64,000 nt of DNA from Paraspadella gotoi (GCA_051294375.1 CM119266.1:14731295-14795294), one strand, 5' to 3'; numbered from the stretch's first letter, positions 37,839-51,800 are shown. Made by a program: numbers and translations. Notes: generated by a model from the letters alone, not told the origin.

Positions 37839-37898
37839 TCATTGGCCGCTGCTCCGCCGTTTCCCGCTGCGGAAGACGCTGTCACGGTTCAGCAGAAT
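37839..37898 (-). CDS. Possible short exon (ILLNRDSVFRSGKRRSSGQ*)
   Basis: Strong acceptor (CTCTTTCTTTCTCTCTCTCTCTCGCAG|) followed by GC3-rich codons to TGA. Confidence 0.25.
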   Translation of the reverse strand: MLLNRDSVFRSGKRRSSGQ

Positions 37899-39259
37899 CT
37901 GCGAGAGAGAGAGAGAAAGAAAGAGTGAGATGGAGTGGAGGCGAAAGAAAGAAGGGGACAGGGATGGAATAGAGGGATAGAGAGAGAAGGGAAAAAAATC
38001 CCCACCGACAGGACTTAACATGGAACGAGACGGAAGCGGGAGGAGGAAGCGGAAGAAGCGAAAGAAGCGGAAAAGGCGTCGGGATCGTGACATTACGGAA
38101 GCCAGTTATTCTGGTGGCGCGCCTCCAAGGCGCCAGAGGCGGAAGCGGGGGCCCGGAAGCGGAAGCCGGGGGCGCGTAAGCAGAAGCGCGAGGGGCGAAA
38201 GCGGAAATAGGGGCGCGGAAGCGGGAGTGTCGGGACCGGAAGGGCCGAAGCGGAAAGGGGAGAGTTACAGGAGTGGAGATGTAATGGTGCATAAGTTAGG
38301 AAAAAGTTGTGACAGAAGCTTAAAAAAGGTGTGAGAGAAGCTAAAAAACAGGGTCAGAAAACGAAAATGGGAAAAAGGGAAAGAAAACAGATACCCAAGG
38401 AGTGAAAAGGGGCGAAAAAAAGAAAAAGGAGCAAAAAACAAAGATATAACAGGGGAGAGATAGAGAGAGAGAGAGACAAAGAGAAAGACGAAGACGGCGT
38501 AGATTTAAAAATAGGAAATAGTCTCATTTTAAAAGTACAATGGTCGGTGTACTCTCTCTCTCTCTCTCNNNNNNNNNNNNNNNNNNNNNNNNNNNNNNNN
38601 NNNNNNNNNNNNNNNNNNNNNNNNNNNNNNNNNNNNNNNNNNNNNNNNNNNNNNNNNNNNNNNNNNNNNNNNNNNNNNNNNNNNNNNNNNNNNNNNNNNN
38701 NNNNNNNNNNNNNNNNNNNNNNNNNNNNNNNNNNNNNNNNNNNNNNNNNNNNNNNNNNNNNNNNNNNNNNNNNNNNNNNNNNNNNNNNNNNNNNNNNNNN
38801 NNNNTTCCATTACATAATTTTTCTTCTCTATCCTCTAGGTATTAAAATAAATTGGTTTCAAAACTTACGATTGATGATTTTTACATTGCTTTTAAAAATG
38901 GCTTGACAGAAAAATTAATTGTGTAAATTATAAAGCTAAACGTGAAAAAATCGCTGCTACTGATTGGCCAAGGAAGCTAAGGACAAACGGGGAGGGCGGT
39001 GAAGGAGAAAGAGAATCTCTCATCTTCGATCGATGTTTGAACGAGGGACCGACTAGGTGGCCCGAGGACCGATGGGTCCGACTGACCGACGGACAATCTA
39101 AACGAGTCTCCGGTGGGCGGCGCCGGAAATAGTGGGCGTGGCAGGGAGAGGGAATGATCCTTGGGCGGCCGCGGGCGGTGATCACCCGGCGCCGCTGGAT
39201 GAAGGCGCCTGTCGGGGCGGAGGGTCTTTTCGGGNNNNNNNNNNNNNNNNNNNNNNNNN

Positions 39260-39825
39260 AAAAAGGAGAGGAGATTCTAAATGAAGCTTGGAAAACACTG
39301 ACGGCGGACGCCGGTGGGCTGTGCACACGTAATCCAGCTATTTTGTAGACGGCGCTAAAAAAACAAAGGGAACGTCAATATTGGCTTTCAAAATGGACGC
39401 GAGCTTAAGATTTGGGTTAATATAGATATCCTTTACAATCGCGTTAATAAAAATACGCGTAAAAAAAAGGGTTTACCGCGAACGTCTTGAGCGATAAAAA
39501 CGACCTAAAAAATGCAATTAATAAAGTTTAAAAAGTAAGAATAAAAATTCTGCTTTCAAATCCGACAGAGCTTCCCTCTACATTGTAAAACCCAAGACGA
39601 TATTTTATTTTTTAAATCACGCAGCCAAGCCCTCCCAGTAAAGTATGAAAATTACAACTTCCATCATTTTCCCGATAAAATTTTTCATTTTTTTTTTCCA
39701 AAACCAAAATTTTTGCTGATAGAATTTTTTAAGGTTTTTAGGGGGCGAAGTTTGGCGCGAGGTATCCATTTAGGCGTTTGGGGTGGACGGGTCTTTAGGC
39801 GATGGGTAGTATTTTTGGACCATGA
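39260..39825 (+). repeat. Segment present three times: direct copy 47772-~48348, inverted partial copy 48721-49051
   Basis: AAAAAGGAGAGGAGATTCTAAATGAAGCTTGGAAAACACTGACGGCGG follows the gaps at both 39260 and 47772. Its reverse complement (CAGTGTTTCCAAGCTTCATTTAGA) ends at 49051. Confidence 0.95.
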
Positions 39826-40300
39826 GGCGAAAAGAAGTGGCTTCGGGATCTGGGGAGAGTCTAAGTTTGAGAATAAGGCTGATTGTTTTGGGGAAACGGA
39901 GACTTTAGAGACATGCGTTGGTTAATAAAACGGAGAGTGGCTGGGAGTTTTACCGAGTAGAAGGGAGGGAAGAGGTAGAACTTTATATTAAAACTAAGGG
40001 AGATTGGGAGTGCGAAATAGGGCATATAAACGGATCGCCATGACGACGGTTTCGTGAGATATAAAGATTTTAGGGTCGCCCATTCAAAAGATTCTCTACA
40101 TTCCTGCAAGAGAGAACCGTCTTCATCTATCCTCTCTCTCCGTCTCTCATCTCTCTCTCTCTATCTCTCTCTCTCTCTCGCTCTCTCTCATCTCTCCCAT
40201 CTCTCTCTCTTTCTCTTCTCTCGTCTCTCTCTCTCTCCTTGTCTCTCTCTCCGTTTCTCTCCTCTCTCTCCTCTCTCTCTTCTCTCTCATCTCTCGCGTC

Positions 40301-40336
<36 letters not shown>

Positions 40337-41949
40337 ATCTCTCCTCGTCTGCGTTTGCCACGATAAAAAGAAAATGGACGGAAAAGATAGAAGAGAAAGA
40401 GGATCGCGTTTTTTAGTATATTATTTTTAACGAATATTAAACGGCGCGATTTTTTTCTACTGGACTCTTCTCTCCATTCGCAGCGTCGAATACACAATGC
40501 TGGTTTAGAGTTTTCGCTGGCAACGTAACATTTTTCTTCTTCTCTCCGCGAAAAAATGAGGTTGGCCATTTTTGAAGAAAAAACGTGAGCTTCTCGATGT
40601 TCGGTTGTCTTCGTCTTCGTTATTGTGAGTATTGTTTTTTTTTCGGCGTTGGACTACTCGTTTTAGAGGCGAAGTATTTCAAAATAAAAACTAACGCGTT
40701 TTCTTCACAAAAATGTAGCAAATTTGTTTGCTTTTGATTACATGAAATAAATTTTTTGGTTGGCAAGCATTAATTTCTTTAATAAATAATAATGACATTC
40801 TAAAGCATAAAGAACGTGGAGGAGCGCGTCTATCAGCTCAGTCCAAACATTTGCGCCGCATTGCAAAGCTTCCTCGCTCCTGATATCTTTGTCGGAGGGC
40901 ATTTTTCAGTCTTAAACAATTTTTGTTAAAATATATAAGTAAGTAAACTAGACATTCTGGCAGCTTTGATTAAACGTGGGTCAAAGTAAAATCGACAGTT
41001 CTCCATTTTATGTCAAGTCTTACACGTGAAATATCAAGTCCTTCTGTGCGCATTGCACGAATGACGAAAACGGAGCGAAAAAAATTACGCTTCATCAAAA
41101 ACGACGATTGATATATGCGACGCTGATTCGGTTATTAAGAATTGTAGATAATTTCCTCGGCATGAAATCGCAGAGCGGACGCCTATTTTTGAAAAGCTTA
41201 TTCGGGGTCTCTCTCCTTTATGAGACTAGGAATAGGGGGGCTCGGGGTTTTGAGGTGGGTTCGAAGGGATCGGAGTTTGAGGATTGTTAGACAAGGGGTG
41301 CACTTGGCGGGTTCAAGAAGGGTCGCGGAGGCTCAGGTTTGAGCTTCGATGACGGAACGTTGAAAGGGAAAGTAAAGAGGTGAAGCGAAGGTAAAGATCA
41401 TGGTAGAATGAAAGAAAAAAAAGAAGAAATGAATAAGCCAGTGGGCCGTTGTGGGCTAAAGAGGAAAACAGGAAAAAAAAAACGGAATTGGAATAATAAA
41501 ACGAGAAAAGAAAGAAAGAAAGAAAAAAAAAGGGAAAGTAAAAAAGAAGGTAAAGGATACAATTGTCGAAGTTGATTAGGCGTACGTTGAAGCGTTCGTA
41601 ACAACGCGCGTTGGATAGGTGTCTCGTATTCAAAACTCAATGAGACGATTTTTTAGGTTTGATAATGAGATAAAGTTAATATTAGTTATTAATGAAGAGA
41701 AAAGAAGTTAAAAGCGGCGAAAAATTGTAGGTTAAGATTGAGAATATAGAAAAAGTTAATTTTTAAGACGGTAGAGAGCGAGAACTGAATAGGAAAATGT
41801 GTAATAAATTTGGTTAATTTACACATGCAATGTTTTTAAGCAGAATAAAGTAAGAAAATATGAAAAATTCAGCAGGCGGGCTGAAAGAGAAGAGTAGAAA
41901 AAAAAGCCAAAAAGAGAATAGATGAGTGCGTAGAGTTGGAAAAAGGACT

Positions 41950-42460
41950 GACGGCCGGCCGAGCACTTTCTAGTCGTTCTTGAACGGTCGGCGAAGTGAC
42001 GCCGGGACGAAAAACGGCAGCCGGCCGACCGAGACTCGGCCGCTCCCGGGGACGCCGCTTCCGTCCTCGCTCTTCTCTCATCTATCCGTACCTCCGCTTT
42101 CGTCTCTTCTCTCACTCGTTCGCGACTCGCTTCGTCGCTCCCTACCTCGGTCGGTCGACGGTTTTCGGCCGGCGTCGCGCTCTCAGAGGACAAACAATCG
42201 GGGCCGACGTCACATCTGATCACCTAAATTTTGTACGCTCGACGCCGCCCTCGCCCGTCTCGCGCCGTGCTCGCCGTGGACGCCTTCGCGCGCTTTCGGC
42301 GCCTGCCGGCACATCGGCCTTACCGCCCATCCCCAACGCGCACGTTCCTTCTTCTCCATAATCATCAACCGGAGCCCACAAAATCGCAGTTCCTATTCCC
42401 GCGTTATTCAGGCTCGGAGGAGCCCCCGAGCGCCATCGTCGTGGTGCAAACGTCAAAGAG
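41950..42460. other. GC-rich island, possible exon (mirrored at ~44695-45210)
   Basis: Non-repetitive GC-rich block with long open frames (e.g. ...LLLHNHQPEPTKSQFLFPRYSGSEEPPSAIVVVQTSK on +). No family recognised. Confidence 0.18.
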
Positions 42461-43435
42461 TAAAGCGATGGAGAGAGAGAGAGATGGAGAGAGAGAGAGA
42501 GAGAGAGAAGAGAGTAGAGTAGATGAGAGAGAAGAGAGAGAAGAGAGAGAGAGTAGAAAGAGAGTGAGAGAGAGAGAGTGAAAAATTTATTCGACGTTAG
42601 CCTAGGAGATAGAGGGAAAGCAGTAGAAATCGACCGCGTGTTGGCGCCATTTCCGGTGGGATGCGCGTGGTCAGCGGGAAATCGGCCTTTTGGGATGTAT
42701 AGGGAAGAAAGAGGATGGATGGAAGGATTGACATCGGGGAGGGGATGGAAGAGAGGAAGATAAGGATGGAGGAAGGATTGAAAGCGGGGAGGGGGATGGT
42801 AAAGGAGAGGTAAGAAAGGATGGTAGGAAAGGATTGAAGAGCGGGGAGGGAGGAAGAGAGGAAGAAAAGGACGGGAATGGGGGAGGAAAGGAAAGAAATG
42901 TAGGTCAAATATTTTAAAAGTTAATAAAGAATTGTTCTCATCAAACCAACAAGTGGGCATCAGAGCAATGCCTAATTATTGATTTGAATATGTACAAAAG
43001 GAAAAATAAAAGGTAAAGGGGCATAAATGGATGTTATAAAGACTTAAAAATAATTCTGAATGAAAGCAATATTTGAAATAGCATAAAAGTATAAAAAAAT
43101 AGAACAAATGTGCAAGATACAAGATCTGCCTTCTTCTCCCGACTAAGGCGGGAGGTAAAGAAGGAAAGAGTCTGAGGTGAAATTCGTTGGTTCTAAAGTG
43201 AAAGTCTTGCGCGAGAAGAAGGAAAGGAGGAAGAGAAAGAGGTAAGAGAAAAGAGGAAAGTAGAATAGAGGAAGAAGAAAAGAGAAAGAAGGACAGAAGT
43301 GAAAGAGTCGATGGTTGAATATTACCTTGTTCTAAAAGTGAAAGTCTTCGCGGATGAAGAAGGAGAAGCGTGTCCGTTCGATTCACACCACAATATTGAC
43401 GTCTCTCTCTCACTTTTTCTATCTTTCTTTTCCTC

Positions 43436-43521
<86 letters not shown>

Positions 43522-43831
43522 TTGTTCTCTCTCCTGCTCTCATCGTCTCTCTCGTACGTCTCTCGTCTGCTGTCTACTTCCTCTCTCCTCCTCTCATCGT
43601 CTTCATTCGTTCTCCTCATCCTCTCGTTCGTCTCGTCGTCTCTCGTCCACTAATTCCTCTCATCTTCTCGTCGCTCTCTGTCTCTTCGTCGTTTTCTCAT
43701 CTCTCTCCTTTCCATCTTGTCTTCGGAGGCGTCGTTTTGAACTCTTGACGAGAGAGAGAGAAAGGGGAAAAGAAAGATAGAAAAAGTGAGAGAGAGAGTC
43801 AATATTGGGTGTGAATCGACGGACACGTTCT

Positions 43832-44020
43832 CCTTCTTCTCGCGAAGACTTTCACTTTAGAACCAAGGAATTTCACCATCGACTCTTTCCTTCTTCCTCT
43901 TTCTCTTTCTCTTCCTCTTTCTCTTCCTCTTTCTCTTCCTCTTTCTCTTCCTCTTTCCTTCTTCTCGCGAAGACTTTCACTTTAGAACCAACGAATTTCA
44001 CCATCGACTCTTTCCTTCTT
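43832..44020 (+). repeat. ~63-bp direct repeat x2 separated by a (CTCTTCCTCTTT)n tract
   Basis: CCTTCTTCTCGCGAAGACTTTCACTTTAGAACCAA(G/C)GAATTTCACCATCGACTCTTTCCTTCTT at ~43832 and ~43957. Also seen twice in the mirror arm (~43160-43365). Confidence 0.88.
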
Positions 44021-46651
44021 TCCTCCCGCCTTAGTCGGGGAGAAGGCAGATTGTATCTTGCACATTTGTTTCTTTTTTTTTACTTTTATGTATTCAAATA
44101 TTGTTTCATTAGAATTATTTTTAAGTCTTTATAAATCATTTCATGTCCCCTTTACCTTTTATTTTTCCTTTTGTCTATTCAAATCAATAATTGGCATTGC
44201 TGATTGCCACTTGTTGTTTGATGGAAACAATTCTTTTTAACTTTTTAAATATTTCCTATTTCTTTCCTTTCCTCCCCCATTCCCGTCCTTTTCTTCCTCT
44301 CTTCCTCCCTCCCCGCTCTTCAATCCTTTCCTACCATCCTTTCTTACCTCTCCTTTACCATCCCCCTCCCCGCTTTCAATCCTTCCTCCATCCTTATCTT
44401 CCTCTCTTCCATCCCCTCCCCGATGTCAATCCTTCCATCCATCCTCTTTCTTCCCTATACATCCCAAAAGGCCGATTTCCCGCTGACCACGCGCATCCCA
44501 CCGGAAATGGCGCCAACACGCGGTCGATTTCTACTGCTTTCCCTCTATCTCCTAGGCTAACGTCGAATAAATTTTTCACTCTCTCTCTCTCACTCTCTTT
44601 CTACTCTCTCTCTCTTCTCTCTCTTCTCTCTCATCTACTCTACTCTCTTCTCTCTCTCTCTCTCTCTCTCCATCTCTCTCTCTCTCCATCGCTTTACTCT
44701 TTGACGTTTGCACCACGACGATGGCGCTCGGGGGCTCCTCCGAGCCTGAATAACGCGGGAATAGGAACTGCGATTTTGTGGGCTCCGGTTGATGATTATG
44801 GAGAAGAAGGACGTCGGTGGGCGATGGCCGGTAAGGCGCGACTGGCCGGCGAGAGCGTCGAAAGCGTCCCAACGGCGGTCACGGCGAGCACGGCGCGAGA
44901 CGGGCGAGGGCGGCGTCGAGCGTACAAAATTTAGGTGATCAGATGTGACGTCGGCCCCGATTGTTTGTCCTCTGAGAGCGCGACGCCGGCCGAAAACCGT
45001 CGACCGACCGAGGTAGGGAGCGACGAAGCGAGTCGCGAACGAGTGAGAGAAGAGACGAAAGCGGAGGTACGGATAGATGAGAGAAGAGCGAGGACGGAAG
45101 CGGCGTCCCCGGGAGCGGCCGAGTCTCGGTCGGCCGGCTGCCGTTTTTCGTCCCGGCGTCACTTCGCCGACCGTTCAAGAACGACTAGAAAGTGCTCGGC
45201 CGGCCGTCAGTCCTTTTTCCAACTCTACGCACTCATCTATTCTCTTTTTGGCTTTTTTTTCTACTCTTCTCTTTCAGCCCGCCTGCTGAATTTTTCATAT
45301 TTTCTTACTTTATTCTGCTTAAAAACATTGCATGTGTAAATTAACCAAATTTATTACACATTTTTCCTTTCATCTCTCGCTCTACCGTCTTAAAATTAAC
45401 TTTTCTATATTCTCATTTCCTACAATTTTCGCGCTTTTAACTTTTTTCTCTTCATTAGACTAATTTAACTTTCTCATTATCAACCTTAAAAAATCGTCTC
45501 ATTGAGTTTTGAATACCGAGGACACCTTCCAACGCGCGTTGTACGAACCTCAACGTACGCATCAACTCGAAATGATCCTTTCCTTCTTTTTTCTTTCCTT
45601 TTTTTTTCTTTTCTTTCTTTCTTTCGTTTATTATTCCAATTCCGTTTTTTTTTTCCTTTTCCTCTTTAGCCAACGGCCACTGGCTTATATTTCTTCTTTT
45701 TTTTTTTCATTCCACATATTTTCCTTCGTTCACCTCTTTACTTTCCCTTCACGTTCCGTCTCGAGCTAAACCTGAGCCCCCGCGACCCTTGAACCCGCAG
45801 TGACCCCTTGTCTAAAATCCTCAAACCGCTCCGATCCCTTCGAACCCACCTCAAAACCCCGAGGCCCCCCCTATTCCTGTCTCTAAAGGAGAGAGACCCG
45901 ATAGCTTTTCAAAATGGCGTCCGCTCTCGATTTATGCGCGAGGAAATATACATCTAATACCGAATCAGCGTCGCATATCAATCGTCGTTTTGAGAAGCGT
46001 AATTTTTTGCTCCGTTCGTCATTCGTGAATGCGCGAGGACTTGAATTTCACGTGAAGATTGACAAAATGGAGAACTTCGATTTACTTTGACCCACTTTAT
46101 CAAAGCTGCAGGAATGTTATACTTACTATATTTTAACAAATTGTTTAAGACTGAAAAATGCCGACAAAGATAAGGGGCGAGGAAGCTTTGCAATCGGCGC
46201 AAATGTTTGGAGAGCTGATAGACGGTCCTCCACGTCTTTAGCTTTAGAATGTATTATTATTTATTAACAATTAATACTTGCAACCAAAAAATTATTTCAT
46301 GTATCAAAAGAAACAAATTTGTACATTTTGTGAAAAACGGTTATTTTTAATTTTGAAATACTTCGCTCAAAAACGAGTAGTACAACCGCGAAAAAAAACA
46401 AATACTCACAATAACGAAGACGAAGACACCGTACATCGAAAGCTCACGTTTTTTTTTTCAAAAATGGGCCAACCTCATTTTTTTCGGGGAGAAGAAGAAA
46501 ATTTACGTTGAGCGAAAACTCTTAAACCCAGATTGTGTTCGACGCTGGAATGAGAGAAGAGTCAGAAAAAAATGGTTAAATCGTAAAAAAATATCCTAAA
46601 AACGCGATCCTCTTTCTCTTCTTCTTTTCCGCCATTTTCTTTTTCGTGGCA

Positions 46652-46795
<144 letters not shown>

Positions 46796-49233
46796 GGTTT
46801 AGATATTGCAGGAGTAGAGAATCTTTTATGGGCGACCCTAAAAATCTTTATATCTCACGAAACCGTCGTCATGGCGACCGTTTTATCCCATTTTTCGACT
46901 CCCATCTTCCCTTAGTTTTAAAAGCTTCTACCTCTTCCCTCCCTCTACTCGGAAAACTCCCGCCCACTCGACTCGTTTTTAACCAACGTGTCTCTAAAAT
47001 GCTCCGTCCCCAAAACAACAGCCTTTTTTCTCAAACTAGACTCTCCTCCCAAGATCCCGAAGCCACTTCTTTTCGCCNNNNNNNNNNNNNNNNNNNNNNN
47101 NNNNNNNNNNNNNNNNNNNNNNNNNNNNNNNNNNNNNNNNNNNNNNNNNNNNNNNNNNNNNNNNNNNNNNNNNNNNNNNNNNNNNNNNNNNNNNNNNNNN
47201 NNNNNNNNNNNNNNNNNNNNNNNNNNNNNNNNNNNNNNNNNNNNNNNNNNNNNNNNNNNNNNNNNNNNNNNNNNNNNNNNNNNNNNNNNNNNNNNNNNNN
47301 NNNNNNNNNNNNNNNNNNNNNNNNNNNNNNNNNNNNNNNNNNNNNNNNNNNNNNNNNNNNNNNNNNNNNNNNNNNNNNNNNNNNNNNNNNNNNNNNNNNN
47401 NNNNNNNNNNNNNNNNNNNNNNNNNNNNNNNNNNNNNNNNNNNNNNNNNNNNNNNNNNNNNNNNNNNNNNNNNNNNNNNNNNNNNNNNNNNNNNNNNNNN
47501 NNNNNNNNNNNNNNNNNNNNNNNNNNNNNNNNNNNNNNNNNNNNNNNNNNNNNNNNNNNNNNNNNNNNNNNNNNNNNNNNNNNNNNNNNNNNNNNNNNNN
47601 NNNNNNNNNNNNNNNNNNNNNNNNNNNNNNNNNNNNNNNNNNNNNNNNNNNNNNNNNNNNNNNNNNNNNNNNNNNNNNNNNNNNNNNNNNNNNNNNNNNN
47701 NNNNNNNNNNNNNNNNNNNNNNNNNNNNNNNNNNNNNNNNNNNNNNNNNNNNNNNNNNNNNNNNNNNNNNNAAAAAGGAGAGGAGATTCTAAATGAAGCT
47801 TGGAAAACACTGACGGCGGACGCCGGTGGGCTGTGCACACGTAATCCAGCTATTTTGTAGACGGCGCTAAAAAAACAAAGGGAACGTCAATATTGGCTTT
47901 CAAAATGGACGCGAGCTTAAGATTTGGGTTAATATAGATATCCTTTACAATCGCGTTAATAAAAATACGCGTAAAAAAAAGGGTTTACCGCGAACGTCTT
48001 GAGCGATAAAAACGACCTAAAAAATGCAATTAATAAAGTTTAAGAAAGGTAAGAATAAGAGAGATTCTGCGTTGTCAAATCCGACAGAGCTTCCTCTCTA
48101 CATGGTAAAACCCAGGACGAGTAGTTTATTTTTTTTAAATCACCAGCCAAGCCTCTCCCGTAAAGTATGAAAAGTTCAACTTCCATCTTTTCCCGATAAA
48201 ATATTTTCATTTTTTTTTTCCAAAACGCAAAGAGATTTTTGCTGGATAAATTGTTTTAAGGTTTTTAGGCGAAGTTTGGCGTGAGGACTCCATTTAGGGT
48301 TTGGGGTGGACGGGTCTTTAGGCGATGGGTAGTATTTTTGGACCATGAATGAATGGATAATTTTATATTGGTTGTACCAATTTAAATAAAACAAAACGGT
48401 AAATAGAGAGTGAAAGAAAAATGAAAGAGAAAGAAACGAGTTGAAGAAACTCAAAAGAGAGAAAAGAGAAAGAAGCAGAAATCTAGAATTGGCAAGGGGG
48501 ACGAAATTGGGCCGGAATTGGCCAGAATTGGGCAGTTCAAAAAAAAAGACCCCAGAATCGCAAAAGTCATTCATCAGCAGTTTTACGATTTGAATTGTAG
48601 AGGGATTAAGATGAAAAGAGAAGGGTGAGAGGCGATTGGAGCTTGGCACTGGTGGGGTGTTTTCTAATTCCTTGTTGCATTTGAAGTGGACGACATTTGT
48701 AGCAAGATTTNNNNNNNNNNGCTTGGTGGATTTAAAAAATAAAATATCGTCTTGGGTTTTACAATGTAGAGAGGAAGCTTTGGTCGGATTTGAAAGCAGA
48801 ATTTTTATTCTTACTTTTAAACTTTATTAATTGCATTTTTTAGGTCGTTTTTATCGCTCAAGCGTTCGCAGTAAACCCTTCTTTTTCGCGTATTTTATTA
48901 AGGATTGTAAAGATCTAATATTAACCAAATTAAGCTCGGTCCATTTTGAAAGCCAAATTGACGTTCCCTTTGTTTTTTTGGCCGTCTAAAAATAGCTGGA
49001 TTCGTTGTGACAGCCACGGCGTCGCGTCAGTGTTTCCAAGCTTCATTTAGATGAAAGTCCGTTGAGCCGAACGGCTATTGTCTCGTGACGTCTTCTGTTT
49101 TTGTTTTGTTTTTGTTTTGTTTTTATTTTGTGCTGTTGGGGCGATAAAATTTAAAGTTGAACGACGTCGCTTCTTCGTCTTCGTCCTTCGTCTGATCAAA
49201 TTTTTCTCTCCCTCATAAAAATGATGGACCATT

Positions 49234-49268
<35 letters not shown>

Positions 49269-49432
49269 NNNNNNNNNNNNNNNNNNNNNNNNNNNNNNNN
49301 NNNNNNNNNNNNNNNNNNNNNNNNNNNNNNNNNNNNNNNNNNNNNNNNNNNNNNNNNNNNNNNNNNNNNNNNNNNNNNNNNNNNNNNNNNNNNNNNNNNN
49401 NNNNNNNNNNNNNNNNNNNNNNNNNNNNNNNT

Positions 49433-49463
<31 letters not shown>

Positions 49464-49899
49464 ATTTTCTCATTTTTTACATTGATTTGTCCGATAGTAT
49501 TAAGAAACGTCAAAAATATCGATTGGTTAGTTTTCATTCCTCGCGCCCGATAATCCGGGGGAACACAATTTTTTTTATCGAGGGAAGAGAGATGGCTGGG
49601 CGAAATTAAGAGAGACTTTCCAATTTTACTAGAAAATATAAAAGAATTTGAGAGTTATATTCGAATAGCATTTATGTTGTTTTTATCAGAATATAACTAA
49701 TGAAAAAAGGGAAGATTTACCGAGTGTACTGCCTCTAAAAAAGGTAGCACCTGCTAAGTCATTATCTTGTAAGAGTGATGTCCAAAGATGAGCACGAGAA
49801 ATATGAGCTGTTTTTTCCTCGCGGAGTGAGTGATTAATTATACAGATTTTTAAGACTCTATTGGATGAGTGAGAAGAAAGCCTACATAAATTAAAGAGA

Positions 49900-51800
49900 A
49901 AAAGAGAGAGAGAGAGATAGGAGACAATTACGAGAATTTAGAGAGAGGAGGTAAATTTTGTGTTTGTTATGTTTGATTAAAATATATATCTTAATAAACT
50001 GTCTCACGACCAATTTTAACAACCTCGATGATGTTTATTTGCAGAAAAGTATTTAAGCGTTTTTATTTCTTTTTTCTTTAAAAATACGTTATCGCGCGGT
50101 GTTTTTAGAAATTTTTCTATCTCTTTTTTTACATTGGAAAAAGCGTTTTTCTTTTTTTTTAAAGTTGTTAATCCCCGTCTTTGGAAGCATATCGTCTGCC
50201 GGGTCATTTTAACGTTTTTTAATTACTTTTTACTTTAGAACACAGTCGTTTATCGGGGATATGATTTTTAAGCTCTATTTTTTTTTAGCATTGGAAAAAA
50301 CGTTTGTCCCCGTGGTTGTTGTGTTATAATAATCCTAAGTTTTTATCTTTCTATTTACCCATTGGAAAAAAACCAAACTCACCGGTTTTAATGTTTTTTT
50401 TTTTCTGATCTATTTGTTTAAGGAAGTTTTCGAATATCAGTATTTGACAGAGAAAAAAGTCGTTGTCTTTATCTTGGTGTAGGTTCAGAACGTTTTTATA
50501 ATAATTGAGAAGAGGTGAGAGGATAGCTAAAGCACCACCTTAAAATTAAGAGAATATTCAGAGGAGAGAAGGAGCACATGAAATATATTAAACAGAGAGG
50601 TAAAAGAATAAAATGTTATAATAGTATTATGATATATATATGTAGAATAGTAAGTAACTGTCCACTAGAATACGAATAGGCCTAATTTTTATACAACGGC
50701 TTCGTTGTGATGATTGTATCTATTATGAAAATATAACTAACAGTAAGTATGATTAAAGCGTATTTTAATTACAATTTCTTGGTTAAAATTTTCTTATTCA
50801 AAATGAGAGATTGTCGAGCTTTTTCCGGTGTTTGTGTGAAAAATCTTTTTATCTCTCGTTTTTAAAACAATTGGAAAAAGTAGAAATTGTTGCTCATCTG
50901 TTCTTTTAAGTTGTATTGTCTCTAAGTTGGAAATATCGTCTGGCCGGCTGTATTTAACGTTTTTATCACTTTTTACTTTAGAAAAAGTCGTTTATCGTGT
51001 TTTTTAACTCTTTTACATTGGAAAAAAATCCAGTTTGCTCCTATGTTTTTTTTTTTAAAGTTTTTTATTTCTTTTTACATTGGAAAAAAATCGTTTTCTG
51101 TTATTTCTTTAAAGTTTGTTTTAATATCTTATGTGGACAGAGGAAATATTCGTTCCTCCTAATGAGTGATAGTTTTAAGACGTGTGTCTATCTATGTGAT
51201 ATGTGAGAGAAAGCTAGCTAGTATATAATATTTAAAGAAAAAGAGAGAATGAGACAATAAAAATTAGAAGAAGAGAAGGAAAATTTGTTAATTAGTTTTG
51301 ATATAAAAGATATAATTATAATAAAAACTAGAGTCCATCACATTCTCGGGTTTGTACCAAATTTAAAAATCACAAATATCATTAAACAACCAATCGAGAG
51401 ACGTGAGTGAATTATTATTGTGAGGCAGAAGTAATTTAAGCGATTTTTATTTCTTTTTAGCTTTGAAAAGATATCGTTTTCTCGAAGTGATTAATATAAA
51501 ATGATTTAAATAATAAGTACTTAGTATATATACAGTAATGGAAACAAAGATTGAAGAAAAGCGACCTCAAAAATATGTATCTGTAAATATAGGATGAGAA
51601 AAAGAAGTCAGTGATATTATAACTCTCCCTAGTTTGGAAAAATTTAGGCAAAGTCGTCTGCCGGTGGTGATTATACAGCAAATATTTTATGTGGACTTTT
51701 TACTGTTTACGAGAGGAAGAATTTTTTGTGGTGGTCTCTATCTCCTGAGGGATGTTTTTTTAACTTCTTTTGTACATTGGAAAAAACGTTTGGCCGATTT
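49900..51800 (+). repeat. Degenerate AT-rich minisatellite or low-quality repeated block
   Basis: (C)ATTGGAAAAA core recurs at ~50131, 50289, 50360, 50870, 51015, 51077 and 51774. 50180-50254 matches 50927-50996, and 49921/50041 match 51251/51425. Confidence 0.7.

Noticed and set aside
41255-41330. GGTTCGA/GGTTCAA B-box-like strings suggesting a tRNA or SINE
   Set aside because: No T-arm closure, A-box or cloverleaf.
46828-47860. Long ORFs of 200-320 aa spanning N runs (also 14493-16361 and 37028-37885)
   Set aside because: Their length comes from N gaps.
50100-51800. CRISPR-like repeat-spacer array
   Set aside because: The repeats are short, degenerate and irregularly spaced, the spacers are mutually similar, there are no cas genes, and the context is eukaryotic.
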